A model generated the notes under the pieces. The model did not search any database. It was given only the letters and a program-made list of their open reading frames with translations, and was not told where the DNA came from. The position numbers were made by a program, and so were the translations under genes. 64,000 nucleotides of DNA. Source: Nemertoderma westbladi (taxonomy: Eukaryota; Animalia; Xenacoelomorpha). Of the stretch, positions 1 to 11,500 are shown piece after piece; positions within the stretch are counted from its first letter, which is position 1, and each line of letters starts with the position of its first letter. Location of the stretch: contig JAUCBJ010008678.1 of assembly GCA_032718475.1 (NCBI GenBank), forward strand, positions 1 to 64,000, given 5' to 3'.

Positions 1-131
1 AGTGATAAAATTAGGCGTAAGAATACTCTGGGTGCAAGGCCTCTCGCACTCGTCTTAAGTAAGCTTAGGGAGCCGACTCGGGTTTATTGTTTTGGTTATT
101 CCCGCGTGGCTCATAGATTCGAACAGTTAGC

Positions 132-155
132 TCTCTATCGAGCGATCGGTAGAGA
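132..155 (+). other. Hairpin: 10-bp stem (one G:T) with GCGA (GNRA-type) tetraloop
   Basis: TCTCTATCGA-GCGA-TCGGTAGAGA; pairs 132-141 with 146-155. The potential to pair is seen directly; function is unknown. Confidence 0.5.
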
Positions 156-218
156 AAGGAACAAGCGATTTTGCAGGAGTTGTGTAAAATTAGTAAAATA
201 TATTAGTGGACGGCAGAT

Positions 219-234
219 TAGCGCCATCTAACGG
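219..234 (-). promoter_or_regulatory. CTCF-like insulator motif (candidate)
   Basis: Minus strand reads CCGTTAGATGGCGCTA, resembling the metazoan CTCF core CCASYAGRKGGCRS. Matched by eye, no PWM score. Confidence 0.35.
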
Positions 235-3200
235 TAAGTAGCGGTTTTGTATTTAGCAACCCTTACAATTTAGTAATAGCACGCTCCTGATCCCCTTTAC
301 TTAACAGTAGAGCAGTCTTTGTGTCTTATTGGTTAGACGAGAACTTATTAGGTTGGCAGAAGGATATTAACGGGTATTGGTCTGTTCAACAGTTCTGCTG
401 TTAGTATAGAGGTCGCGGTTGTTTATCATGACCCGTCATTAGGACTACTTCTACCTAATGTAGATTGCTTGTCGGTCAGCTGACCCGTCATTAGGACTAC
501 TTCTACCTAATGTATATTCCTTCTCGGTCAGCTGAACCGTCATTAGGACTACTTCTACCTAAGGTAGATTGCTTCTCGGTCAGCTGACCCGTCATTAGGA
601 CTACTTCTACCTAATGTAGATTGCTTGTCGGTCAGCTGACCCGTCATTAGGACTACTTCTACCTAATGTAGATTGCTTCTCGGTCAGCTGACCCGTCATT
701 AGGACTACTTCTACCTAATGTAGATTGCTTCTCGGACAGCTGACCCGTCATTAGGACTACTTCTACCTAAGGTAGATTCCTTCTCGGACAGCTGACCCGT
801 CATTAGGACTACTTCTACCTAAGGTAGATTGCTTCTCGGTCAGCTGACCCGTCATTAGGACTACTTCTACCTAATGTAGATTGCTTCTCGGTCAGCTGAA
901 CCGTCATTAGGACACTTCTACCTAAGGTAGATTGCTTGTCGGTCAGCTGACCCGTCATTAGGAATACTTCTACCTAATGTAGATTGCTTCTCGGACAGCT
1001 GACCCGTCATTAGGACTACTTCTACCTAATGTAGATTCCTTCTCGGTAAGCTGACCCGTCATTAGGACTACTTCTACCTAATGTAGATTGCTTGTCGGTC
1101 AGCTGACCCGTCATTAGGACTACTTCTACCTAATGTAGATTGCTTCTCGGTCAGCTGACCCGTCATTAGGACTACTTCTACCTAATGTAGATTGCTTGTC
1201 GGTCAGCTGACCCGTCATTAGGACTACTTCTACCTAATGTAGATTGCTTCTCGGTCAGCTGACCCGTCATTAGGACTACTTCTACCTAATGTAGATTGCT
1301 TCTCGGACAGCTGACCCGTCATTAGGACTACTTCTACCTAATGTAGATTGCTTGTCGGTCAGCTGACCCGTCATTAGGACTACTTCTACCTAATGTAGAT
1401 TGCTTCTCGGTCAGCTGACCCGTCATTAGGACTACTTCTACCTAATGTAGATTGCTTGTCGGTCAGCTGACCCGTCATTAGGACTACTTCTACCTGATGT
1501 AGATTCCTTCTCGGTCAGCTGAACCGTCATTAGGACTACTTCTACCTAATGTAGATTCCTTCTCGGTCAGCTGACCCGTCATTAGGACTACTTCTACCTA
1601 AGGTAGATTGCTTCTCGGTCAGCTGACCCGTCATTAGGACTACTTCTACCTAAGGTAGATTCCTTCTCGGTCAGCTGACCCGTCATTAGGACTACTTCTA
1701 CCTAATGTAGATTGCTTGTCGGTCAGCTGACCCGTCATTAGGACTACTTCTACCTAATGTAGATTGCTTCTCGGTCAGCTGACCCGTCATTAGGACTACT
1801 TCTACCTAATGTAGATTGCTTCTCGGACAGCTGACCCGTCATTAGGACTACTTCTACCTAATGTAGATTGCTTGTCGGTCAGCTGACCCGTCATTAGGAC
1901 TACTTCTACCTAATGTAGATTCCTTCTCGGTCAGCTGATCCGTCATTAGGACTACTTCTACCTAAGGTAGATTCCTTCTCGGTCAGCTGACCCGTCATTA
2001 GGACTACTTCTACCTAAGGTAGATTCCTTCTCGGTCAGCTGACCCGTCATTAGGACTACTTCTACCTAATGTAGATTCCTTCTCGGTCAGCTGACCCGTC
2101 ATTAGGACTACTTCTACCTAATGTAGATTGCTTCTCGGTCAGCTGACCCGTCATTAGGACTACTTCTACCTAATGTAGATTCCTTCTCGGACAGCTGACC
2201 CGTCATTAGGACTACTTCTACCTAAGGTAGATTCCTTCTCGGTCAGCTGACCCGTCATTAGGACTACTTCTACCTAAGGTAGATTCCTTCTCGGTCAGCT
2301 GACCCGTCATTAGGCTACTTCTACCTAAGGTAGATTGCTTCTCGGTCAGCTGACCCGTCATTAGGACTACTTCTACCTAAGGTAGATTCCTTCTCGGTCA
2401 GCTGACCCGTCATTAGGACTACTTCTACCTAATGTAGATTGCTTCTCGGTCAGCTGACCCGTCATTAGGACTACTTCTACCTAATGTAGATTGCTTGTCG
2501 GTCAGCTGACCCGTCATTAGGACTACTTCTACCTAATGTAGATTGCTTCTCGGTCAGCTGACCCGTCATTAGGACTACTTCTACCTAATGTAGATTGCTT
2601 GTCGGTCAGCTGACCCGTCATTAGGACTACTTCTACCTAATGTAGATTGCTTCTCGGTCAGCTGACCCGTCATTAGGACTACTTCTACCTAATGTAGATT
2701 GCTTGTCGGTCAGCTGACCCGTCATTAGGACTACTTCTACCTAATGTAGATTGCTTCTCGGTCAGCTGACCCGTCATTAGGACTACTTCTACCTAAGGTA
2801 GATTGCTTCTCGGTCAGCTGACCCGTCATTAGGACTACTTCTACCTAAGGTAGATTCCTTCTCGGTCAGCTGACCCGTCATTAGGACTACTTCTACCTAA
2901 GGTAGATTCCTTCTAGGACAGCTGACCCGTCATTAGGACTACTTCTACCTAAGGTAGATTCCTTCTCGGTCAGCTGACCCGTCATTAGGACTACTTCTAC
3001 CTAAGGTATATTCCTTCTCGGTCAGCTGACCAGTCATTAGGACTACTTCTACCTAAGGTAGATTGCTTCTCGGTCAGCTGACCCGTCATTAGGACTACTT
3101 CTACCTAATGTAGATTGCTTGTCGGTCAGCTGACCCGTCATTAGGACTACTTCTACCTAATGTAGATTGCTTCTCGGTCAGCTGACCCGTCATTAGGACT

Positions 3201-5574
3201 ACTTCTACCTAATGTAGATTGCTTGTCGGTCAGCTGACCCGTCATTAGGACTACTTCTACCTAATGTAGATTGCTTCTCGGTCAGCTGACCCGTCATTAG
3301 GAATACTTCTACCTAAGGTAGATTCCTTCTCGGTCAGCTGACCCGTCATTAGGACTACTTCTACCTAAGGTAGATTCCTTCTCGGTCAGCTGACCCATCA
3401 TTAGGACTACTTCTACCTAATGTAGATTGCTTCTCGGACAGCTGACCCGTCATTAGGAATACTTCTACCTAAGGTAGATTCCTTCTCGGTCAGCTGACCC
3501 ATCATTAGGACTACTTCTACCTAATGTAGATTGCTTCTCGGACAGCTGACCCGTCATTAGGACTACTTCTACCTAAGGTAGATTCCTTCTCGGTCAGCTG
3601 ACCCGTCATTAGGAATACTTCTACCTAAGGTAGATTCCTTCTCGGTCAGCTGACCCGTCATTAGGACTACTTCTACCTAATGTAGATTGCTTCTCGGTCA
3701 GCTGACCCGTCATTAGGACTACTTCTACCTAAGGTAGATTCCTTCTCGGACAGCTGACCCGTCATTAGGACTACTTCTACCTAAGGTAGATTGCTTCTCG
3801 GTCAGCTGACCCGTCATTAGGACTACTTCTACCTAATGTAGATTCCTTCTCGGACAGCTGACCCGTCATTAGGACTACTTCTACCTAATGTAGATTGCTT
3901 CTCGGACAGCTGACCCGTCATTAGGACTACTTCTACCTAATGTAGATTCCTTCTCGGTCAGCTGACCCGTCATTAGGACTACTTCTACCTAATGTAGATT
4001 GCTTCTCGGACAGCTGACCCGTCATTAGGACTACTTCTACCTAAGGTAGATTCCTTCTCGGTCAGCTGACCCGTCATTAGGACTACTTCTACCTAATGTA
4101 GATTCCTTCTCGGTCAGCTGACCCGTCATTAGGACTACTTCTACCTAATGTAGATTGCTTCTCGGACAGCTGACCCGTCATTAGGACTACTTCTACCTAA
4201 GGTAGATTCCTTCTCGGTCAGCTGACCCGTCATTAGGACTACTTCTACCTAATGTAGATTCCTTCTCGGTCAGCTGACCCGTCATTAGGACTACTTCTAC
4301 CTAAGGTAGATTCCTTCTCGGTCAGCTGACCCGTCATTAGGACTACTTCTACCTAAGGTAGATTCCTTCTCGGTCAGCTGACCCGTCATTAGGACTACTT
4401 CTACCTAATGTAGATTCCTTCTTGGACAGCCGACCCGTCATTAGGACTACTTCTACCTAATGTAGATTGCTTCTCGGTCAGCTGACCCGTCATTAGGACT
4501 ACTTCTACCTAAGGTAGATTCCTTCTCGGTCAGCTGACCCGTCATTAGGACTACTTCTACCTAAGGTAGATTCCTTCTCGGTCAGCTGACCCGTCATTAG
4601 GACTACTTCTACCTAATGTAGATTCCTTCTCGGTCAGCTGACCCGTCATTAGGACTACTTCTACCTAATGTAGATTCCTTCTCGGTCAGCTGACCCGTCA
4701 TTAGGACTACTTCTACCTAATGTAGATTCCTTCTCAGTCAGCTGACCCGTCATTAGGACTACTTCTACCTAATGTAGATTCCTTCTCGGTCAGCTGACCC
4801 GTCATTAGGACTACTTCTACCTAATGTAGATTGCTTCTCGGTCAGCTGAACCGTCATTAGGACTACTTCTACCTAATGTAGATTCCTTCTCGGTCAGCTG
4901 ACCCGTCATTAGGACTACTTCTACCTAATGTAGATTCCTTCTCGGTCAGCTGACCCGTCATTAGGACTACTTCTACCTAATGTAGATTGCTTCTCGGTCA
5001 GCTGAACCGTCATTAGGACTACTTCTACCTAAGGTAGATTCCTTCTCGGTCAGCTGACCCGTCATTAGGACTACTTCTACCTAAGTTAGATTCCTTCTCG
5101 GTCAGCTGACCCGTCATTAGGAATACTTCTACCGAAGGTAGATTGCTTGTCGGTCAGCTGACCCGTCATTAGGACTACTTCTACCTAATGTAGATTGCTT
5201 CTCGGTCAGCTGACCCGTCATTAGGACTACTTCTACCTAAGGTAGATTGCTTCTCGGTCAGCTGACCCGTCATTAGGACTACTTCTACCTAAGGTAGATT
5301 GCTTCTCGGTCAGCTGACCCGTCATTAGGACTACTTCTACCTAAGGTAAATTTCTTCTCGGTCAGCTGACCCGTCATTAGGACTACTTCTACCTAAGGTA
5401 GATTCCTTCTCGGTAAGCTGACCCGTCATTAGGACTACTTCTACCTAATGTAGATTCCTTCTAGGACAGCTGACCAGTCATTAGGACTACTTCTACCTAA
5501 GGTAGATTCCTTCTCGGTCAGCTGACCCGTCATTAGGACTACTTCTACCTAATGTATATTCCTTCTCGGTCAGC

Positions 5575-8500
5575 TGAACCGTCATTAGGACTACTTCTAC
5601 CTAAGGTAGATTCCTTCTCGGTCAGCTGACCCGTCATTAGGACTACTTCTACCTAAGGTAGATTCCTTCTCGGTAAGCTGACCCGTCATTAGGACTACTT
5701 CTACCTAATGTAGATTCCTTCTAGGACAGCTGACCAGTCATTAGGACTACTTCTTCCTAAGGTAGATTCCTTCTCGGTCAGCTGACCCGTCATTAGGACT
5801 ACTTCTACCTAATGTAGATTCCTTCTCGGTCAGCTGACCCGTCATTAGGACTACTTCTACCTAAGGTAGATTCCTTCTCGGTCAGCTGAACCGTCATTAG
5901 GACTACTTCTACCTAAGGTAGATTCCTTCTCGGTCAGCTGACCCGTCATTAGGACTACTTCTACCTAAGGTAGATTCCTTCTCGGTCAGCTGACCCGTCA
6001 TTAGGACTACTTCTACCTAAGTTAGATTCCTTCTCGGTCAGCTGACCCGTCATTAGGACTACTTCTACCTAAGGTAGATTCCTTCTCGGTCAGCTGACCC
6101 GTCATTAGGACTACTTCTACCTAATGTAGATTCCTTCTCGGTCAGCTGACCCGTCATTAGGACTACTTCTACCTAATGTAGATTCCTTCTCGGTCAGCTG
6201 ACCCGTCATTAGGACTACTTCTACCTAAGTTAGATTCCTTCTCGGTCAGCTGACCCGTCATTAGGACTACTTCTACCTAAGGTAGATTCCTTCTCGGTCA
6301 GCTGACCCGTCATTAGGACTACTTCTACCTAATGTAGATTCCTTCTCGGTCAGCTGACCCGTCATTAGGACTACTTCTACCTAATGTAGATTCCTTCTCG
6401 GTCAGCTGACCCGTCATTAGGACTACTTCTACCTAATGTAGATTGCTTCTCGGTCAGCTGAACCGTCATTAGGACACTTCTACCTAAGGTAGATTCCTTC
6501 TCGGTCAGCTGACCCGTCATTAGGACTACTTCTACCTAAGTTAGATTCCTTCTCGGTCAGCTGACCCGTCATTAGGACTACTTCTACCTAATGTAGATTG
6601 CTTCTCGGTCAGCTGAACCGTCATTAGGACACTTCTACCTAATGTAGATTCCTTCTCGGTCAGCTGACCCGTCATTAGGACTACTTCTACCTAATGTAGA
6701 TTGCTTGTCGGTCAGCTGACCCGTCATTAGGACTACTTCTACCTAAGGTAGATTCTTTCTCGGACAGCTGACCCATCATTAGGACTACTTCTACCTAAGG
6801 TAGATTCCTTCTCGGTCAGCTGACCCGTCATTAGGACTACTTCTACCTAAGGTAGATTCCTTCTCGGTCAGCTGACCCGTCATTAGGACTACTTCTACCT
6901 AATGAAGATTGCTTCTCGGTCAGCTGACCCGTCATTAGGACTACTTCTACCTAATGTAGATTGCTTGTCGGTCAGCTGACCCGTCATTAGGAATACTTCT
7001 ACCTAATGTAGATTCCTTCTCGGTAATCGGTAAGCTGACCCGTCATTAGGACTACTTCTACCTAAGGTAGATTCCTTCTCGGTCAGCTGACCCGTCATTA
7101 GGACTACTTCTACCTAAGGTAGATTCCTTCTCGGTAAGCTGACCCGTCATTAGGACTACTTCTACCTAATGTAGATTCCTTCTAGGACAGCTGACCAGTC
7201 ATTAGGACTACTTCTTCCTAAGGTAGATTCCTTCTCGGTCAGCTGACCCGTCATTAGGACTACTTCTACCTAATGTAGATTCCTTCTCGGTCAGCTGACC
7301 CGTCATTAGGACTACTTCTACCTAAGGTAGATTCCTTCTCGGTCAGCTGAACCGTCATTAGGACTACTTCTACCTAAGGTAGATTCCTTCTCGGTCAGCT
7401 GACCCGTCATTAGGACTACTTCTACCTAAGGTAGATTCCTTCTCGGTCAGCTGACCCGTCATTAGGACTACTTCTACCTAAGTTAGATTCCTTCTCGGTC
7501 AGCTGACCCGTCATTAGGACTACTTCTACCTAAGGTAGATTCCTTCTCGGTCAGCTGACCCGTCATTAGGACTACTTCTACCTAATGTAGATTCCTTCTC
7601 GGTCAGCTGACCCGTCATTAGGACTACTTCTACCTAATGTAGATTCCTTCTCGGTCAGCTGACCCGTCATTAGGACTACTTCTACCTAAGTTAGATTCCT
7701 TCTCGGTCAGCTGACCCGTCATTAGGACTACTTCTACCTAAGGTAGATTCCTTCTCGGTCAGCTGACCCGTCATTAGGACTACTTCTACCTAATGTAGAT
7801 TCCTTCTCGGTCAGCTGACCCGTCATTAGGACTACTTCTACCTAATGTAGATTCCTTCTCGGTCAGCTGACCCGTCATTAGGACTACTTCTACCTAATGT
7901 AGATTGCTTCTCGGTCAGCTGAACCGTCATTAGGACACTTCTACCTAAGGTAGATTCCTTCTCGGTCAGCTGACCCGTCATTAGGACTACTTCTACCTAA
8001 GTTAGATTCCTTCTCGGTCAGCTGACCCGTCATTAGGACTACTTCTACCTAATGTAGATTGCTTCTCGGTCAGCTGAACCGTCATTAGGACACTTCTACC
8101 TAAGGTAGATTCCTTCTCGGTCAGCTGACCCGTCATTAGGACTACTTCTACCTAATGTAGATTGCTTCTCGGTCAGCTGAACCGTCATTAGGACACTTCT
8201 ACCTAATGTAGATTCCTTCTCGGTCAGCTGACCCGTCATTAGGACTACTTCTACCTAATGTAGATTGCTTGTCGGTCAGCTGACCCGTCATTAGGACTAC
8301 TTCTACCTAAGGTAGATTCTTTCTCGGACAGCTGACCCATCATTAGGACTACTTCTACCTAAGGTAGATTCCTTCTCGGTCAGCTGACCCGTCATTAGGA
8401 CTACTTCTACCTAAGGTAGATTCCTTCTCGGTCAGCTGACCCGTCATTAGGACTACTTCTACCTAATGTAGATTGCTTCTCGGTCAGCTGACCCGTCATT

Positions 8501-8599
8501 AGGACTACTTCTACCTAATGTAGATTGCTTGTCGGTCAGCTGACCCGTCATTAGGAATACTTCTACCTAATGTAGATTCCTTCTCGGTAATCGGTAAGC
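5575..8599. repeat. Tandem block duplication within the array (about 5575-7035 and 7036-8599)
   Basis: Rare markers recur in order: ggtaagct 5674/7135 and ttcttcctaa 5751/7212 (offset 1461); the 7-bp duplication cggtaatcggtaag 7021/8585 (offset 1564 = 1461 + one 52-mer + one 51-mer). Confidence 0.9.
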
Positions 8600-11500
8600 T
8601 GACCCGTCATTAGGACTACTTCTACCTAAGGTAGATTCCTTCTCGGTCAGCTGACCCGTCATTAGGACTACTTCTACCTAATGTAGATTGCTTCTCGGTC
8701 AGCTGACCCGTCATTAGGACTACTTCTACCTAATGTAGATTCCTTCTCGGTCAGCTGACCCGTCATTAGGACTACTTCTACCTAAGGTAGATTGCTTCTC
8801 GGTCAGCTGACCCGTCATTAGGACTACTTCTACCTAATGTAGATTGCTTCTCGGACAGCTGACCCGTCATTAGGACTACTTCTACCTAATGTAGATTGCT
8901 TCTCGGTCAGCTGAACCGTCATTAGGACTACTTCTACCTAAGGTAGATTCCTTCTCGGTCAGCTGACCAGTCATTAGGACTACTTCTACCTAATGTAGAT
9001 TTCTTCTCGGTCAGCTGACCCGTCATTAGGACTACTTCTACCTAAGGTAGATTCCTTCTCGGTCAGCTGACCCGTCATTAGGACTACTTCTACCTAAGGT
9101 AGATTCCTTCTCGGTCAGCTGACCCGTCATTAGGACTACTTCTACCTAATGTAGATTCCTTCTCGGTCAGCTGACCCGTCATTAGGAATACTTCTACCTA
9201 ATGTAGATTGCTTCTCGGTCAGCTGACCCGTCATTAGGACTACTTCTACCTAAGGTAGATTGCTTCTCGGTCAGCTGACCCGTCATTAGGAATACTTCTA
9301 CCTAATGTAGATTGCTTCTCGGTCAGCTGACCCGTCATTAGGACTACTTCTACCTAAGGTAGATTCCTTCTCGGTCAGCTGACCCGTCATTAGGACTACT
9401 TCTACCTAAGGTAGATTCCTTCTCGGTCAGCTGACCCGTCATTAGGACTACTTCTACCTAATGTAGATTCCTTCTCGGTCAGCTGACCCGTCATTAGGAC
9501 TACTTCTACCTAATGTAGATTCCTTCTCGGTCAGCTGACCCGTCATTAGGACTACTTCTACCTAATGTAGATTGCTTCTCGGTCAGCTGACCCGTCATTA
9601 GGACTACTTCTACCTAAGGTAGATTGCTTGTCGGTCAGCTGACCCGTCATTAGGACTACTTCTACCTAATGTAGATTCCTTCTCGGTCAGCTGACCCGTC
9701 ATTAGGACTACTTCTACCTAAGGTAGATTGCTTCTCGGACAGCTGACCCGTCATTAGGACTACTTCTACCTAATGTAGATTGCTTCTCGGTCAGCTGACC
9801 CGTCATTAGGACTACTTCTACCTAAGGTAGATTGCTTGTCGGTCAGCTGACCCGTCATTAGGACTACTTCTACCTAATGTAGATTCCTTCTCGGTCAGCT
9901 GACCCGTCATTAGGACTACTTCTACCTAAGGTAGATTGCTTGTCGGTCAGCTGACCCGTCATTAGGACTACTTCTACCTAATGTAGATTGCTTCTCGGTC
10001 AGCTGAACCGTCATTAGGACTACTTCTACCTAATGTAGATTCCTTCTCGGTCAGCTGACCCGTCATTAGGACTACTTCTACCTAAGGTAGATTGCTTGTC
10101 GGTCAGCCGACCCGTCATTAGGACTACTTCTACCTAATGTAGATTGCTTCTCGGTCAGCTGAACCGTCATTAGGACTACTTCTACCTAAGGTAGATTCCT
10201 TCTCGGTCAGCTGACCCATCATTAGGACTACTTCTACCTAATGTAGATTCCTTCTGGGTCAGCTGACCCGTCATTAGGACTACTTCTACCTAAGGTAGAT
10301 TCCTTCTCGGTCAGCTGATCCGTCATTAGGACTACTTCTACCTAAGGTAGATTCCTTCTCGGTCAGCTGATCCGTCATTAGGACTACTTCTACCTAATGT
10401 AGATTCCTTCTCGGTCAGCTGACCCGTCATTAGGACTACTTCTACCTAATGTAGATTGCTTCTCGGTCAGCTGACCCGTCATTAGGACTACTTCCACCTA
10501 AGGTAGATTCCTTCTCGGTCAGCTGACCCGTCATTAGGACTACTTCTACCTAAGGAAGATTGCTTCTCGGTCAGCTGACCCGTCATTAGGACTACTTCTA
10601 CCTAAGGTAGATTCCTTCTCGGTTAGCTGACCCGTCATTAGGACTACTTCTACCTAAGGTAGATTGCTTCTCGGTCAGCTGACCCGTCATTAGGACTACT
10701 TCTACCTAAGGTAGATTCCTTCTCGGTCAGCTGACCCGTCATTAGGACTACTTCTACCTAAGGAAGATTGCTTCTCGGTCAGCTGACCCGTCATTAGGAC
10801 TACTTCTACCTAAGGTAGATTCCTTCTCGGTCAGCTGACCCGTCATTAGGACTACTTCTACCTAAGGTAGATTCCTTCTCGGTCAGCTGACCCGTCATTA
10901 GGACTACTTCTACCTAATGTAGATTCCTTTTCGGTCAGCTGACCCGTCATTAGGACTACTTCTACCTAATGTAGATTCCTTCTCGGTCAGCTGACCCGTC
11001 ATTAGGACTACTTCTACCTAAGGTAGATTCCTTCTCGGTCAGCTGACCCGTCATTAGGACTACTTCTACCTAATGTAGATTCCTTCTCGGTCAGCTGACC
11101 CGTCATTAGGACTACTTCTACCTAAGGTAGATTCCTTCTCGGTCAGCTGACCCGTCATTAGGACTACTTCTACCTAAGGTAGATTCCTTCTAGGTCAGCT
11201 GACCCGTCATTAGGACTACTTCTACCTAAGGTAGATTGCTTCTCGGACAGCTGACCCGTCATTAGGAGTACTTCTACCTAAGGTAGATTCCTTCTCGGTC
11301 AGCTGACCCGTCATTAGGACTACTTCTACCTAATGTAGATTCCTTCTCGGTCAGCTGACCCGTCATTAGGACTACTTCTACCTAATGTAGATTCCTTCTC
11401 GGTCAGCTGGCCCGTCATTAGGACTACTTCTACCTAATGTAGATTCCTTCTCGGTCAGCTGACCCGTCATTAGGACTACTTCCACCTAAGGTAGATTCCT

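Larger units (their letters stand above)
1..428. other. Unique non-coding flank of the array (identity unknown; could be intergenic DNA or part of a transposable element)
   Basis: No ORF in the supplied track and no degenerate 52-mers. The junction to the first monomer is sharp (gtttatca|tgacccgtca). Confidence 0.8.

Noticed and set aside
120-160. Helitron 3' end or intrinsic terminator at the 132-155 hairpin
   Set aside because: There is no CTRR at the usual distance from the hairpin and no adjacent T-run on the plus strand.
326-410. Possible promoter: two ATTGG (reverse CCAAT) at 328 and 376 and TATAGA at 405
   Set aside because: Short motifs like these are expected by chance and there is no downstream gene.
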